Assembly: GCF_006345805.1 (NCBI RefSeq) | Contig: NC_043000.1 | Location: 153,574,001-153,638,000, forward strand | From: Octopus sinensis | Taxonomy: Eukaryota | Length of the DNA stretch: 64,000 bases | Reading direction: 5' to 3' | Part shown: piece by piece, positions 38,291 to 51,694 of the stretch | How positions within the stretch are numbered: the stretch's first letter is position 1 | Layout of the letters: the number at the start of each line of letters is the position of its first letter | Notes under the pieces: model-generated | What the model was told of the DNA's origin: nothing | Seen by the model: the letters and a program-made list of their open reading frames with translations, nothing else | Databases searched by the model: none | Program-made: the position numbers and the translations under genes

Positions 38291-38885
38291 AAAAACAAAT
38301 ATCCTTGGTAAATTCATCTTGATAATCCATGACAGTTTTGAATAAAGAGTCCCTTATCCTGTATTCCATATTTGAGATGTAGAATGTTGATTTATATAAT
38401 CGTTCGTATAATTTTGACATTTTATACAAAGAGCACTCATTATGAATTCAGTGTATAATATTCTAACAGAATATATTTAATTAAGGATATACACATATAA
38501 ATGTATATACATGTATATATATGTGTGTGTGTGTGTATGTATGTATATATATATATAGTTTTATATATATGTATATATATGTATGTGTGTATGTGTGTAT
38601 AAATGTATCAATATATACGAGTGTTGAATGTATTTATATATTCATAGTTTATTTAAAGTGGTTTTCTTTCTCAGAACGAGAATTTCATACATTTATAATG
38701 AAATATACGTTCTCGCTTAATGATTTTCGAAGCGTGAACCCGGAGTCTCAGAGCAGGAATTCTGGTTAAATATACTATATAGCTTTTGCAAACAAGATTG
38801 ATTGCGAATTCTTCTTCTCATTCCAATATATTCATATGTATGGGTACACACACACACTCACACACACACACCTTCACGCGCGCAA

Positions 38886-38957
<72 letters not shown>

Positions 38958-38971
38958 TTATATATATGTAT

Positions 38972-39190
38972 ATATATAGAAAATAGTAAAAAGTGAAACA
39001 TAACGTCGCAAGAAATTTGAAAAGCTAAACAAGACGCGAACCGGTCATTTCTTTTAAATTATGTCATATAAGAGAAAAAAAATTTTTTTTTAATTTTTTA
39101 ATATTCTTCAGACATATTGACGCAAATATATATATTTTTTAACATTTAAGCCTTCTGTAGTTTTTTCACTTTTTACTATTTTCTATATAT
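38972..39190. mobile_element. MITE-like element with perfect 27-bp TIRs
   Basis: atatatagaaaatagtaaaaagtgaaa (38972-38998) is the reverse complement of 39164-39190; TA-rich ends. Confidence 0.6.
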
Positions 39191-39222
39191 TCACCCACGT
39201 GCTTTCACAAACCAACTTTCTT

Positions 39223-39276
<54 letters not shown>

Positions 39277-39516
39277 CTACATATGTATGCGTATATTTTC
39301 GTACAAATAATGCACTGGTCAAACTTAAAGTGAAATTGAATATTGTTTTGATAATTATACCTGAAATACAGATTTGCTGTGAAATGCTCCTTGAAAAATC
39401 TATTGTTTTGTGTGAAATTGTGAAAATATTAGTTTTACTCGTCTTCTTCCATAATTCAGAGATGTGAATCGTTGCATCTGCAGCTTCTGTCAATTTCCTC
39501 GACATATGTGATAAGC

Positions 39517-39552
<36 letters not shown>

Positions 39553-41195
39553 ATTACACGGAAAGTTACACGGAAAACTTCGATACGGAATCGAACCACA
39601 CTCCTGCAGTAAACTAAACGATCGTGATACAACCACACCAATGAGTTGCCAATCTTAAACGGTGAAATTTGCTGTATTAATCATACAGGCGAGAAAGAAC
39701 AAAATCTGATGATATTTTGAACAATTTTTAGTTCATAATTTGGAAATAGCTTGTTAGGTACAAATTATATATTCTGGTAAGTCTATTTCTTTTTACCCAA
39801 ATTCCATATCTAAATATCGTATTCAAACTGCTTGTAAGACAAAATATTTCTTTTCATTGTTTTACATTCAAATTAATTTAAGCTCGATGAACCAGACCAT
39901 TAATTTTCATACCGTTTGAATACATTTCAAGATTATAATTTAATTTTATAAAAATCAAGTGTGTGATTCACAGATAACATTACTTCAGTATTTTAGATGC
40001 ATAAAGAAATTTGAACGTGAAACCATTAATGAACATATCGTGTTTAACTTCAATGGTATTTGAGATGCATGCTGAATTTTCGAAATATGACTTTTCAAAT
40101 GAAGAATTCTTGACATCGATTTCAAATTTGATACTAGGCCTGGAATTTTGGGAGAGAGAGAGAAAGTCGATTACTCGGAAAGGATGAAAGGTAATGTCGA
40201 TGTCGGCTGAATTTGAAGAATAATAAAAAAAAGACTAACAGAAATTTAAATACCGGCTACATTTTACTGCATATACAATTTCGAGGAAATAACCATAATT
40301 TACTGTGGTCCACCACTATATCAAATCATACTTAATGAAAATAGTACTTAAGAGCTCTTTAAATAAATATGATTATATATTAATAAAGTACTCGTAGAGC
40401 ACTTTAAGTAAATATAATTATAAGATAATATTTAAAAATTCAAACGTGAAACAGAAAAATATATCATTTTGTATTTCTCATGTTATACACAAAGAGGGTC
40501 TGCTGATATATATGTTATTAGCTGTTATAACTATATTTCCTTTTGAGTAATATTTTAAGAGATATATTTTCAAATTTCTCAATATAGACTAAAAATAAAT
40601 TCCTTTTATTCGCTTGAAAGATTAAACCATCCAATTTCGCAATTAAAAGTCAACCGGTCACTTTGGTATACTGGTATCACAGCCGTTCGGTCTGCTGCAG
40701 GCATGCGGTTTGATTCCTGTGGGTAAGGTTTTATTCGCATTGCATTATTTTCGGTATTTCCTCATAGATTATGAGCTATTATTTCAAGTAACATTTGCTT
40801 TCTGGCAACTTCATAAAAGAATCTTATTTCTCAATTTCCAAACGATTCAAAATAGGATCTGAACACAGATGTGTGATGGTGTGTGTTTGTGTACGCATGT
40901 TATGAAAGATGAATGAAATACTCTGTACATGTAAAAGAAGGAGAGAGATTAAAGACCAACTGAACTAGAATGCAAATCAATTTCACGTGACATACCAACG
41001 AAGCTTCTGTAACGTACACACCTCTCCTGAAGAACCACATTACAAGATTCAGTCTCTGTAAGACACTTCCTGTTTCATTCCACTTCTAAATAAACGGACC
41101 TCGTTTTGGTTGTACCTGGATTTCCCTGTGGAATTTAGTAAAGATTAATTGAAAAAAAAAACGAGATATTACTTGTAGATAAACCACGATGTGGA

Positions 41196-41400
41196 TTGAT
41201 AGAATCGTTAGACAGACAGGAAAATGCATTGCGGTATTTGTTCTAGTACTTTATGATCCGAACTCAAATTCCTCGAAGACCAATTATTTCTTTCATTCTG
41301 CTGTGATTGATAAAAATATGTAAATGTCAAGCATGTGGTCCATCCAATCAATTGCTGACCTCTGAAACTTGCTGACCTTGTTCCGAAACCAGAAAAAAAA
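41196..41400 (+). mobile_element. SINE family B, highly diverged, plus strand
   Basis: agaatcgttag...aactcaaattcc...tttcattc...gataaaaat...aacttgctgaccttgttccgaaac. Confidence 0.55.
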
Positions 41401-41806
41401 AAAAACAATTTCTAGACAGACACACATTAATGCGCATGCCTGTGTTCTTGTCTGTTTTTACCTGCTTGTGTGTGCGCGCGGGAAGAGGAGACAGACAGAG
41501 GTAGAAAGAAAGAAAGAAAGAAAGAGATGATGATGAAGTGAAGGAAACATAGGAAAAAGGGCGAACAAAATTATCAGAAGGGACGTGTTGATTGGAGAAG
41601 TTTGAAAGGAATAAGGGTCAGAGCTGTAAGAGTGTGTGTATACATACACTTGAGTGTATATATATACACATATACATATATATATATATACACATATATA
41701 CATATATATACATATATATATATACATATATACATATACATGTATATATATACATATACACATATAAAAGAATGTATATAATGTATATAAAAGAATGTAT
41801 ATATAT

Positions 41807-41841
<35 letters not shown>

Positions 41842-41854
41842 CATATATACATGT

Positions 41855-42154
41855 GGAGGCGCAATGGCCTAGTGGTTAGGGCAGGCGACTCCGGTCGAGG
41901 ATCGCGGTTTCGATTCCCAGACGGGCGTTGTGAGTGTTTATTGAGCGAAAACACCTAAAAGCTCCACGAGGCTCCAGCAGGTTGTGATCCCTGCTGTACT
42001 TTTCACACTCTTTCTCCCACTCTTTCTTCTGTTGGCCTGCTCGCTTAGCTAGTGGAGAGCAGTGGCGTCATTCGAAGGCTAAAACAATGCGAAGGCATTG
42101 TGACCAGCGATGTGTAACAGTATCTGATGGTCTGGTCGGTCACGTGATCACGTG
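41855..42154 (+). mobile_element. SINE family C with 14-bp TSD
   Basis: tRNA-like head ggaggcgcaatggcctagtggttagg...gtttcgattccc; flanking ACATATATACATGT at 41841-41854 and 42155-42168. Confidence 0.9.
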
Positions 42155-42426
42155 ACATATATACATGTATATATATATACATATATATACATACATATAT
42201 ATAATATATATATATACACATACATACATATATATAACACACACAGGCACACACACACACTATATATATATACATATACCGGAGTAAAGACATAAATGTG
42301 AAACAAGTTGGAAAGAAGAGTACTCAAATACCAGAGGTAGAGTAATACGCAGAAATATAAAGCAGCAGAAATAAACAAAAGCTATTTCTCAGAGTTTCAC
42401 GTTCCCCGTTCGTGTATATATATATA

Positions 42427-42803
42427 TCTTTCTCTATATAAACGGCAAGTTTGTCTGTGCGTGTTTCTGTGTGTCTGTTTGCTTGTACCCTCATCCTGAC
42501 CACGGCTTTCAACCGATTTGATGAAACTTGACACCACACATAGCCCATGCATAATCAAAACTAAGCAGCGAAAATTTTGAAAAGTTCCCCAGTTCTGAAA
42601 AAAATCGATAAATTCGACTGGGGTCGAGAATCAGGAATACGAACCACAAACTGTCTAGGGGACGCAAACTCTACCTTTTTAAATCTCAAAAAAAAATTTC
42701 CATCATTTTTTTCATTTTTTTGCTATTTTTTGGCTATAACTCTCTAAAAATGCGTTATAGTTATTTCCCTTAAAACCTGAGAAACGCGGGGCGATACTGC
42801 TAG
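42427..42803 (+). mobile_element. Non-autonomous Helitron-like element
   Basis: a|TC start, ...gatactgCTAG|t end, degenerate GC-rich subterminal hairpin; internal aaccgatttgatgaaacttg core. Confidence 0.6.
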
Positions 42804-42823
42804 TATATATATATATATATATA

Positions 42824-42970
42824 TTGGCTTCAAATTTTAGTACAAATTCAGGAACTTCGGGGCGGGGGGGGGGCTGAGTCAATTATACTTATTTTATTGA
42901 ACTGAAAGGCTGAAAGGTAAAGTCAACCGCGGTGGAATTTGAACGCAGAAGGTGCTAGTTGGACGAAATG
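42824..42970 (-). mobile_element. SINE family B, degenerate (another at about 40120-40220)
   Basis: gaaaggtaaagtcaaccgcggtggaatttgaacgcagaa. Confidence 0.6.
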
Positions 42971-43356
42971 AAGTTTCCCCGAATTTTGATAGCCGTGATT
43001 TATTGTCGCAATAATAATTAATTTCTTAAAATCCAAATCAGCATTCATTAATTTTGCCTAATGAAGTTCGCGGAAGTAGTTTTACTTAGTTGGCATGTCT
43101 GAAGAAACTCAACGGGTCCGAGTGTTTATGACTTAGACTGAATATACGTTAATTATACATACACACACACACACATACATATATATATATACATATATAT
43201 ATATTTGTATGTATGTGTGCATGTATGTATGCATGCATACATCCATGCATGTACGTATGCATGCATGTATATATGTACGTGTGTATATGAGTGCGTTTAT
43301 ATTTTTCTATATTTTTGAGAAGGGTCAAAGCACGGAGTCAGTAACCTCTACTGTTC

Positions 43357-43390
<34 letters not shown>

Positions 43391-44461
43391 TGTCAAGATT
43401 GTATGTAAAGAGGAAAGAAGGATGACTGGGATTGGTGTGCAGTGAAGGTTGTGTAAGGGAAGAGAAGAATAGCCTGGCTTGGTATGTCATGGGTTGGGTA
43501 AAGAAGAAATGACTGAAGAAGTGAAAATGCAGGGAACCTTAAAAGTGAACGAAGCAGTAGTAGACAACACAGTTTAAGAAAGATCAGAGAGATCAGATGA
43601 AGAAAATTTGGCAGGACAAGAAAAAACAGTTCTTGAAGAAGAAAGATGAGATTGTTTGGAATAGAACCTAGCAATGACTGCAGAAAGGAGACTTAAAAGG
43701 GCCAACTGAAGCATTAAAAGGGCCCGTTGAAAGCTCAAGAACAAGCTCTCGGAACAAAATACACCAAATATCACATTGATAAAAGTACTGACTCGCCAAA
43801 ATGTAGGATGTGCTCTGAGAAGGGAGAAAGTGTAAGCAATATATAAGTGAGTGCTGTAAGCTCGCACAACGCGAATACAAAAAGAAACACGACAATGTGG
43901 CCAGATATGTCTACTGGCTGTTGTGCGGTAAAGCAAATCTCGAGAGAGCAGAATAGTGGTATGAAGACAAACCAGAGGGAGTAATGTAAAACTAACAATA
44001 CAAAATACTCTGGGATTTTAACATACAATACGACCAAGTCATAGAAGTGAGACGCCCAAATATCGTGATCTTCCAGAAAGATGAAAATGAAGCAAATATA
44101 ATAGATGTTATGATAGCAGGCGATTCGGGGGTGAAACGTAAGGAAACAGAAAAGAGTGAGAAATACCAGCCACTGAGGGACGAGATAGAAAAGTTATGGA
44201 GCATGAGGAAAGTAATGGTGATACCGGTGGTAAATGGAGCATTAGGAGCAGTTTTGAAAAGCATAATTAGAATATTTGAGCTGCTGTCAAGCAAGAAAGG
44301 ATCCAGGATACAGCATTGTTGGGTACAGCTTGCATTCTAAGGAGAGTATTGTCTCTTTGAGTCACAGGAGAAGGCACTACTTGAAACCTTTGGTGATTTG
44401 CTATTGCCTGCTTTCAAGTAAAGATCAACCGGTAATTAAGAACTATCCGAGAGTCATTCAG
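43391..44461 (+). mobile_element. R4/Dong-like LINE, 5'-truncated, flanked on both sides by (AAT)n
   Basis: SRLYVKRKEG, CRMCSEKGESV, KLAQREYKKKHDNVARYVYWLLC, ILWDFNIQYDQVIEVRRPNIV..IIDV..AGD..KEKY; (AAT)n at 43357-43389 and 44462-44572. Confidence 0.9.
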
Positions 44462-44572
44462 AATAATAATAATTATAATAATGATAATAATAATGATAAT
44501 TATAATATAATAATAATAATAATAATTAATAATAATAATAATAAATAAAATAATAATAATGATAATAATAAT

Positions 44573-45430
44573 ATGGTAAAAATACTGGACTAAACTAAAT
44601 ACAAAAGAAATAGACAAAGAAAAATCCCAGCAATGGTTGAGAAGCTCAGGACTCAAAGCAGAGACAGAGGGATTTTTAATGGCAGACAAGACCAAAGCCT
44701 CCCCACCAGAAGTTACCAAAGACAATGTAAAGAAAAGAAATATAACAAGTAAGTAACTGCAGAATATGTGGAGATGGACAAGAAACAATAAATCATATTA
44801 TCTCTGGCTGCCCAGTCCTGGCTAAGAAGGAATATATTCACAGACATGACAGAGTTGGAACCTACATACACTGGAAGCTATGCCAACATTATGGAATAAC
44901 AACAGAAAAAAAGATGGTATAGGCACACAACAAAGAAAAGGTCACAGAAAACGAGAAAGCAACCATACTCTGGGATATGCCGATACACACAGATAGAGAA
45001 ATTAAGGCCCAACAGACCAGATATAGTTGTCAGAGATCATGAAGAGAAAAAAAATGCTTTCTAATTGATGTATCAATACCAGCAGATGACAACGTGTCTC
45101 TAAAAGAAATGGAGAAAGTCTCAAAATACAAAGACCTGGAAATAGAGATAACTAGAATGTGGAACCTGAAAACAGAAACAATCCTATCATAGTAGGTGCA
45201 TTAGGCAGATAAAAAAAATATTCAGACAAATACATAACAAAAACACCAGGACTTACAAACACATATAAACATACAGAAAATTGCACTACTAGGCACTGCA
45301 CACATCCTACGCAGAACACTTTCCATACAATAACCATCAGAGCATCACAACAAATCACAGCACATACCCAAGGCACACAGAGCTGCGCTGGTAGTGAAGT
45401 GAAAGCACGCTATAAAAATAAAACTACTGA
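44573..45430 (+). mobile_element. Second, younger R4/Dong-like subfamily, 5'-truncated, within the (AAT)n tract
   Basis: [114 protein letters not shown] (frameshifts). Confidence 0.92.
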
Positions 45431-45491
45431 ATAATAATAATAATGATAATAATAATAATAATAATAATAATATAATAATAATGATAATGAT

Positions 45492-45556
<65 letters not shown>

Positions 45557-45620
45557 GTTATTATTATTGTTATTGTTATTATTGTTGTTGTTGTTGTTGT
45601 TGTTGTTATTACTATTATAT
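45430..45620. repeat. (AAT)n switching to (ATT)n/(GTT)n (self-complementary array)
   Basis: Strand switch near 45523. Confidence 0.9.
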
Positions 45621-45799
45621 AAGATTCAGTGATTGAGGTATCAGAAGAAAGTTGGCTTCAAGAAATCCGTAGAAAATATTTTTAAAAAAAAAACAACTTT
45701 CAGGGACAATGAGGATTTTTTTGAGATGGAAGGTCGTAGATTTTTTCGTTTTGGAGTACGATAAACTGAAAAAAGTTCTTTTTCTATTTGAGGTAGGGA

Positions 45800-46081
45800 A
45801 CCAGAGTTGCCGGATGTGCGAATAAAAATACACGAGTTAAGAAATGGAGTAGATAAGATCCGGTCTATATATATTTCATAGCGAGCGGAACCACAGAAGT
45901 GGTAAATATCCAATCGTCCATGTGGTAACATGTACCTCCTTGTGACAATGTAAACTTCTATTTAAGCAAGATATCCTGGGCCTGAAGTGTAGCTTGCGGT
46001 ATACACCTCGCTTGGATATTTACCGCTTCTGAGGTTCCGTTCGCTATGTAACATATCTAGCCCGGCTCTATTCCTTAACTC
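45800..46081. mobile_element. MITE-like element with long imperfect TIRs
   Basis: 45834-45913 vs 46012-46081 are inverted; the right arm lacks the tagataagat segment. Confidence 0.7.
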
Positions 46082-46228
46082 TTATGTGTGTGTGTGTGTG
46101 TGTAAGTTTATACTCATGTTTCCAGTTCTAGTTTCCCGTTTGTATCACTAAACCTATACAGGTAGCAAGACAGACGGACAAACATATAGGTAGATAGATG
46201 GATGGATAGATGGATAAATGGAAGATTG

Positions 46229-46278
<50 letters not shown>

Positions 46279-46335
46279 AAGATCGATAGAAAGATAGATA
46301 GAAAGATAGATAGATAGATAGATAGGTAGATAGAA

Positions 46336-47187
46336 AGATATGTTTCTTATTAGCCACACAGGGCTGCACACAGATAGAACAAATTACAAGGTAGAGCTTT
46401 TCTTGAAGGGTTAAAAAAAAAAAAAAGGAAGGGGGGTAGTTTCGATCAAAAGGGATCGTAAAAGGAGAGAAAGAGGACAAAAAAGGGGGGTTAAAAAAGG
46501 GGGAGAGGAAAAAAAAATGATCAATAGGCATCGTTATCACAGAAATGTCAATATGAAGTGTAAAGGGGAGGACAGGTGAGGTTTTACCGTAGAAAAGAAA
46601 AGCCTACGGAAAAGACCACGGTAACCTCGGTCAATGAAGTCACATTTTTATTTTTTTTTTTTTTTTTTGCAAATAAGCAACTCTCTGTTTTCGATTTCTG
46701 GGTTCATAGGACTATGCTCAAGGTGGCTTCGTCATTCATACGTGCTATTATTGCTACATTCACCATCTTTTTTTAAAACATTCGCTAGACAAAACTTGCC
46801 TCTCTACTCTCACTTTCCTTTTCAAGTGGTACTTGAAGAAGTTGATGAGAGATTGACCAGAGAGGAAAGTGTTTGTCTCCAATCCTTTCAGACGCGTTCC
46901 ACCAGATACATTCTTTCGCCATAGCCACAAGGATGATGAAAACAGCTCTTCCTTCCCGTTTGAAGGAAGGAGGCGTTGACAATATTGACGATAGACTCAG
47001 CTGATAACCGACTCGTCCCACACGTGACAGCAGGTGTTCGACATAAGCCCACAGGTCGGAAATTGTTGGACACTGAACGAGGGCGTGCAGAACGGTTTCG
47101 TTGCTCTGACCGCATCTCGGGCAGGTCGCCCCCGTGTGTTTCTCGAGCCGTGTCTGTAGAGCTTATCCCGAACGGTAGTAGCGCTTC
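46336..47187 (-). mobile_element. Tx1/L1-like LINE copy C (3' part; 5' end in gap), 3' end abutting (TATC)n at 46186-46335
   Basis: Zn-finger region and 3' UTR homologous to copies D and E; terminus ...gcagccctgtgtggctaataagaaacatatctttc(TATC)n. Confidence 0.9.
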
Positions 47188-47287
47188 NNNNNNNNNNNNN
47201 NNNNNNNNNNNNNNNNNNNNNNNNNNNNNNNNNNNNNNNNNNNNNNNNNNNNNNNNNNNNNNNNNNNNNNNNNNNNNNNNNNNNNNN
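47188..47287. other. Assembly gap (100 N)
   Basis: Run of N. Confidence 1.
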
Positions 47288-50101
47288 ACAAATGTAGAGC
47301 TTTTCTTTACGAGGGTGGAAAAAAGAAAATAAATGTAAGATTGCGATCAAAAGGGATCGAGAGAAAAAAAAAAGAAAAGAAATCGTGTATCACAGAAACA
47401 TTGATAAAAACATTGATAAAACAAGATTGGGTTCAACCGTGGGAAGAAAAGCCTACAGAAAAGACCACGGGAACCTCAGTCAGGGAGGAAATAACCACAT
47501 GAGAGCAAAATGCTCTCTCTCTTTCTTTTTTACGATTTACAGGGTCATGCTCAAAATGGTTTCGTCACTCGCACGCACCATCTTTGCAACATTCACCCAT
47601 CTGTTTTTGAATCTTTCGCGAGACAAAACCTCCCTCTCCATTCTCACCTTACTTTTCAAGTGGCACTTGAAAAAGTTGATGAGCGATTGGCCAGAGAGGT
47701 AAGTGTTTGTCTCTAATCCTTTCGCTCGGGTCCACCACACACATTCTTTCACCATGGCCACCAGTACGATGAAAACTGCCTTGCCTTCCCGGTTGAGGGA
47801 AGAGGGCGGAGGAATTCTCACGATAGACTCGACCGATAGGCGGATTCGTCCCACACGTGACAGCAGCCGTTCGGCATAAGCTCACAGGTCTGAAATGGTT
47901 GGACATTGCACGAGTGCGTGCAGAACGGTTTCGTCGCTCTGACCGCATCTCGGGCAAGTCGGTCCAGTGTGTCTGGAACGGTGTCTGTAGAGCTTATCCG
48001 AACAGGTAATGCTTCTCGATAGCACTGCCAGGCCAGGGATCTTTGGTGATTGTTGATAGGTCCCGGCCCGAAAGTTGTCCTGAACAGGCGGGTCAGGTGT
48101 TCCTCGTCGACGCCCAGACTCTGCCCAGACTCTGAGTTAATCGTCGCACCTCCCCTCCACTAATCCTCTATAGAATGCCTTTGTTGTGATGGAGTCGCTC
48201 AAGTTCGATCCCGGACGGCAGAGTTGCTTGAGAGCAACGCGACACTCGTGGTGCCATTCGCCTAGCCTCGGTCTCTGCTTGATCCATGACTGTAGTTCGT
48301 CCAAGGAGACGAGCTGCGGGAAAGCGCGCCGCACAAAAGGCGACCACACCTGTTCACCGTCGTCTATGAAGCGCCGGAGATGTCGCAGTCTCAGCGCATG
48401 TCTGCGCATCATCATCCACGGCATGCCCAGCCCTCCATTTAGCGGGTGTTGACAGCAAATAGATCGCCTAACCATCGGAACATTTCCCTTCCACAGGAAG
48501 CGGAAGAGTATACGTTCCAATTTGGTGATGGTAGGGTCGGGACAAGGCACGACGGTCAGACGATACTCGATGACGGATGCGATGTACGCGTTCGCCACCT
48601 CCGCCCGACCTTTTAGGGATAGCTTTCTCTCAGCCCATTTCTGGGTGAGAGTAGCCACCCTAGTCGTTATCTCGCCCCAGTTCTTCTCCATTTGGAGGTC
48701 CGGACCGAACCAGACCCCGAGCAATTTAACCGGTCCGTCCGTCCAGCGTCCCACGATGGAGACGCTGTTGGACGGCATGGGCCTGCTTCTCCAGGTGCCG
48801 AGCCGCAAGCCCTGACTTTTCCCGGTTAATTTTTGCTCCCGTTACCGCTTCGTATTCTTTTAGTGTCTCGCGACCAGCTCGATGTGCTGGTAGCTCGACA
48901 CTATGGCGGTGACGTCATCCGCGTATGCAGAACGCTCCTCCCGCATCCCAGCTCTCGTGGGATGCCCCTCAGCGTCGCCAGTTTCCGCAGTAGTGGCTCA
49001 AGAGTCAATACATACAGCAGCGATGAGAGGGGGCATCCCTGATGAACCGAACGCATGATGTTAACAGGTCTGGATAGATGACCTATTTAAGCGAACTACT
49101 GAGCGGATGCCGCTGTACAAGGCAGCAATCCAACCGCGGAAAACTGGACCGAAACCAGCAGCTTTAAGGACAGCCTCCAAGTAGTGATGGTCTACCCTAT
49201 CGAAAGCTTTTGAGATTGATCCAAATTGATCAGCGCCCCACCCATGCCAGGATTCTTAACTACCCTGTCTATGATGTAGCGCATCAGATGGAGGTTGTCA
49301 TGAATACTTCTACCCGGCACGGCGCATGTTGCGCCTTGTCGATTAGTTTCTTGATGACAAGCGCAACCTCTCGGCTAACGCTTGGCCAAAATTTTCAAAT
49401 CTGCGTTGAGCAGAGTGATGGGCCTGAAATTATCTATGACGTCCCCCTTGTTTGGGTATTTCTTAATCAGTTGCCACTGCTCCTCGCTTTACAAAAGCAG
49501 GAATACTCCCGTTTTGCTGCCAGTGCAGTAGACAGCTGCAAGACGCCTCCAAACAAGCCTGGCATATGACAATAAAGTTCGTAGGGCAGACCATCCAAGC
49601 CTGGTGACTTGTCTCTCGCGCAGCCTACCATCGAATCCTGTACGTCCGCAGCTGTGATAGGCCTTTCACAAGACTCCACCTCTCTTGCTGAGAGTCGTAG
49701 CAAGGCATGCAGGTATGCACTAAAGTCCACTCTGCGTTCTGACCCCACCACATGTCCCAAACAGTTGGGTGAAGTGTTGTTGAAAAGCCCCACAATCCTT
49801 TAGGCTCGAGCAATTCGTGCCCCTGTTCATCTATAAGAGACTTGATGGTGGCTCTGTTGCCTCGTTGCGTCTCCACCACTCGGGCCTCTTGGGCGGCTCC
49901 AACTCCTTCGTTCCTCAGAGCACGCATCCTAGCTCTGACAACGCATCCCTCGTGTTTGGTGTTGAGGTGTTGGTCGAGAGCCAATCTCGCCGCCAGCACG
50001 TTGGACGCGATGCCAGTTCTAAGTGCCTCTTCTAAAACCTTAACTAATTCTTCCTCTATTCTATTTCGGTCTAATTTCGGAGCCGAAGAAACAGCACGTC
50101 C
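47288..50101 (-). mobile_element. Tx1/L1-like LINE copy D, 5'-truncated ORF2 (RT plus C-terminal region), frameshifted
   Basis: RDKSPGLDGLPYELY, HQGCPLSS (about 49020-49043), AYADDVTAI (about 48902-48929), VKLLGVWFG, LSLKGRAEVANAYIAS, GGLGMP; 5' end abuts (TATC)n at about 50104-50186. Confidence 0.93.
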
Positions 50102-50108
50102 GTAGATG

Positions 50109-50185
<77 letters not shown>

Positions 50186-50186
<1 letters not shown>

Positions 50187-51598
50187 AAGATAAGTTTCTT
50201 TATTGGCCACACAGGGCTGCACACAGATGGGACAAGTTACAAGGTAGAGCTTTTCTTTTGGGAGAGAAAAAAAAGGTGGCGTAGGTTTTCGATCAAAAGG
50301 GATCGTAAAAGGGAAAAAAGAGCAAAAAGAGAAAAAGAAAAAAAAAGGAAAAAAAAAAAGAAAAAAGGGAAAGGAACAAAAGAAAAGAAAAATGAAAAAA
50401 GAAGAAAAAGAGGAAAAAAGGGGAAGAATGAAAAAAAACGATCAATAGGGATCGTGTAACAGTGTCATGATGTAGGTGTAAAGGGGAAAGCAAGTAAGGT
50501 TTATCCGTGGGAAGAAAAGCCTACGAAAACGACCACGGTAACCTCGGTCAATATTGTTATATGTTACCACATTTGTTTGCAAGTGGGTAACCCTCTGTTT
50601 CAATTTCTGGGTTCATAGGATTATGCTCAAGGTGGCTTCATCATTCATACGTGCCATCCTTGCTACATTCACCCATCTTTTTTTAAACGTTCGCTAGACA
50701 AAACTTGCCTCTCTACTCTCACTTTCCTTTTCAAGTCGTACTTGAAACTTGAAGAAGTGATGAGAGGTGACCAGAGAGGAAAGTATTTGTCTCCAATCCT
50801 TTCAGACGCGTCCACAGATACATTCTTTCGCCATAGCCACAAGTATGATGAAAATAGCTCTTCCTTCCCGTTTGAAGGAAGGAGGCGTGACAATATTGAC
50901 GATAGACTCAGCTGATAAACCGACTCGTCCCACACGTGACAGCAGTTGTTCGACATAAGCCCACAGGTCGGAAATTGTTGGACACTGCACTGTTGCGTGC
51001 AGAACGGTTTCGTCGCTCTGACCGCATCTCGGGCAGGTCGGCCCCTTGTTTCTCGAGCCGTGTCTGTCGAGCTTATCCCGAACGGGTAGCGCTTCTCGGT
51101 AGCACTGCCAGGCCAGGGATCTCTGGAAGTTGTCCATGGGCCCTGGCCCGAAAGTCGTCCCGAACAGGCGGGTCAGGTATTCCTCGTCGACGTCCAGGTT
51201 CGCCCCGAGCTCGTCGTCGTACCTCCCCTCCACTAATCCCCTATAGAATGATTTGGTTGTGATGGAGTCACTCAAGGTTGACCCAGGACGGCAGAGTTGC
51301 TTAAGAGCAACGCGACACTCGCGGTGCCATTCTCCCTTCCTCGGCCTCTTTTTGATCCACGATTGCAGTTCGGTCATGGAGACGAGCTGCGGGAAAGCGT
51401 GCCTCACAAACGGCGACCACACCTGTTCACCGTCGTCTACGAAGAGCCTTAGATGTCGCAGTCTCAGCGCGTGTCTGCGCATCATCAACCACGGCATGCC
51501 CAGTCCTCCTTTTAACGGGTGTTGACAGCAAATGGATCGCCTGACCATCGGGACGCATCCTTTCCACAAGAAGCGAAAGAGAATGCGTTCTAGTTTGG
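50186..51598 (-). mobile_element. Tx1/L1-like LINE copy E, 5'-truncated, (TATC)n at both ends
   Basis: KLERILFRFLWKG...GGLGMPW...CPRCGQSDETVLHATVQCP; AATAAA then gaaacttatctttc(TATC)n; 5' array at 51601-51692. Confidence 0.93.
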
Positions 51599-51604
51599 AT
51601 AGAC

Positions 51605-51694
<90 letters not shown>

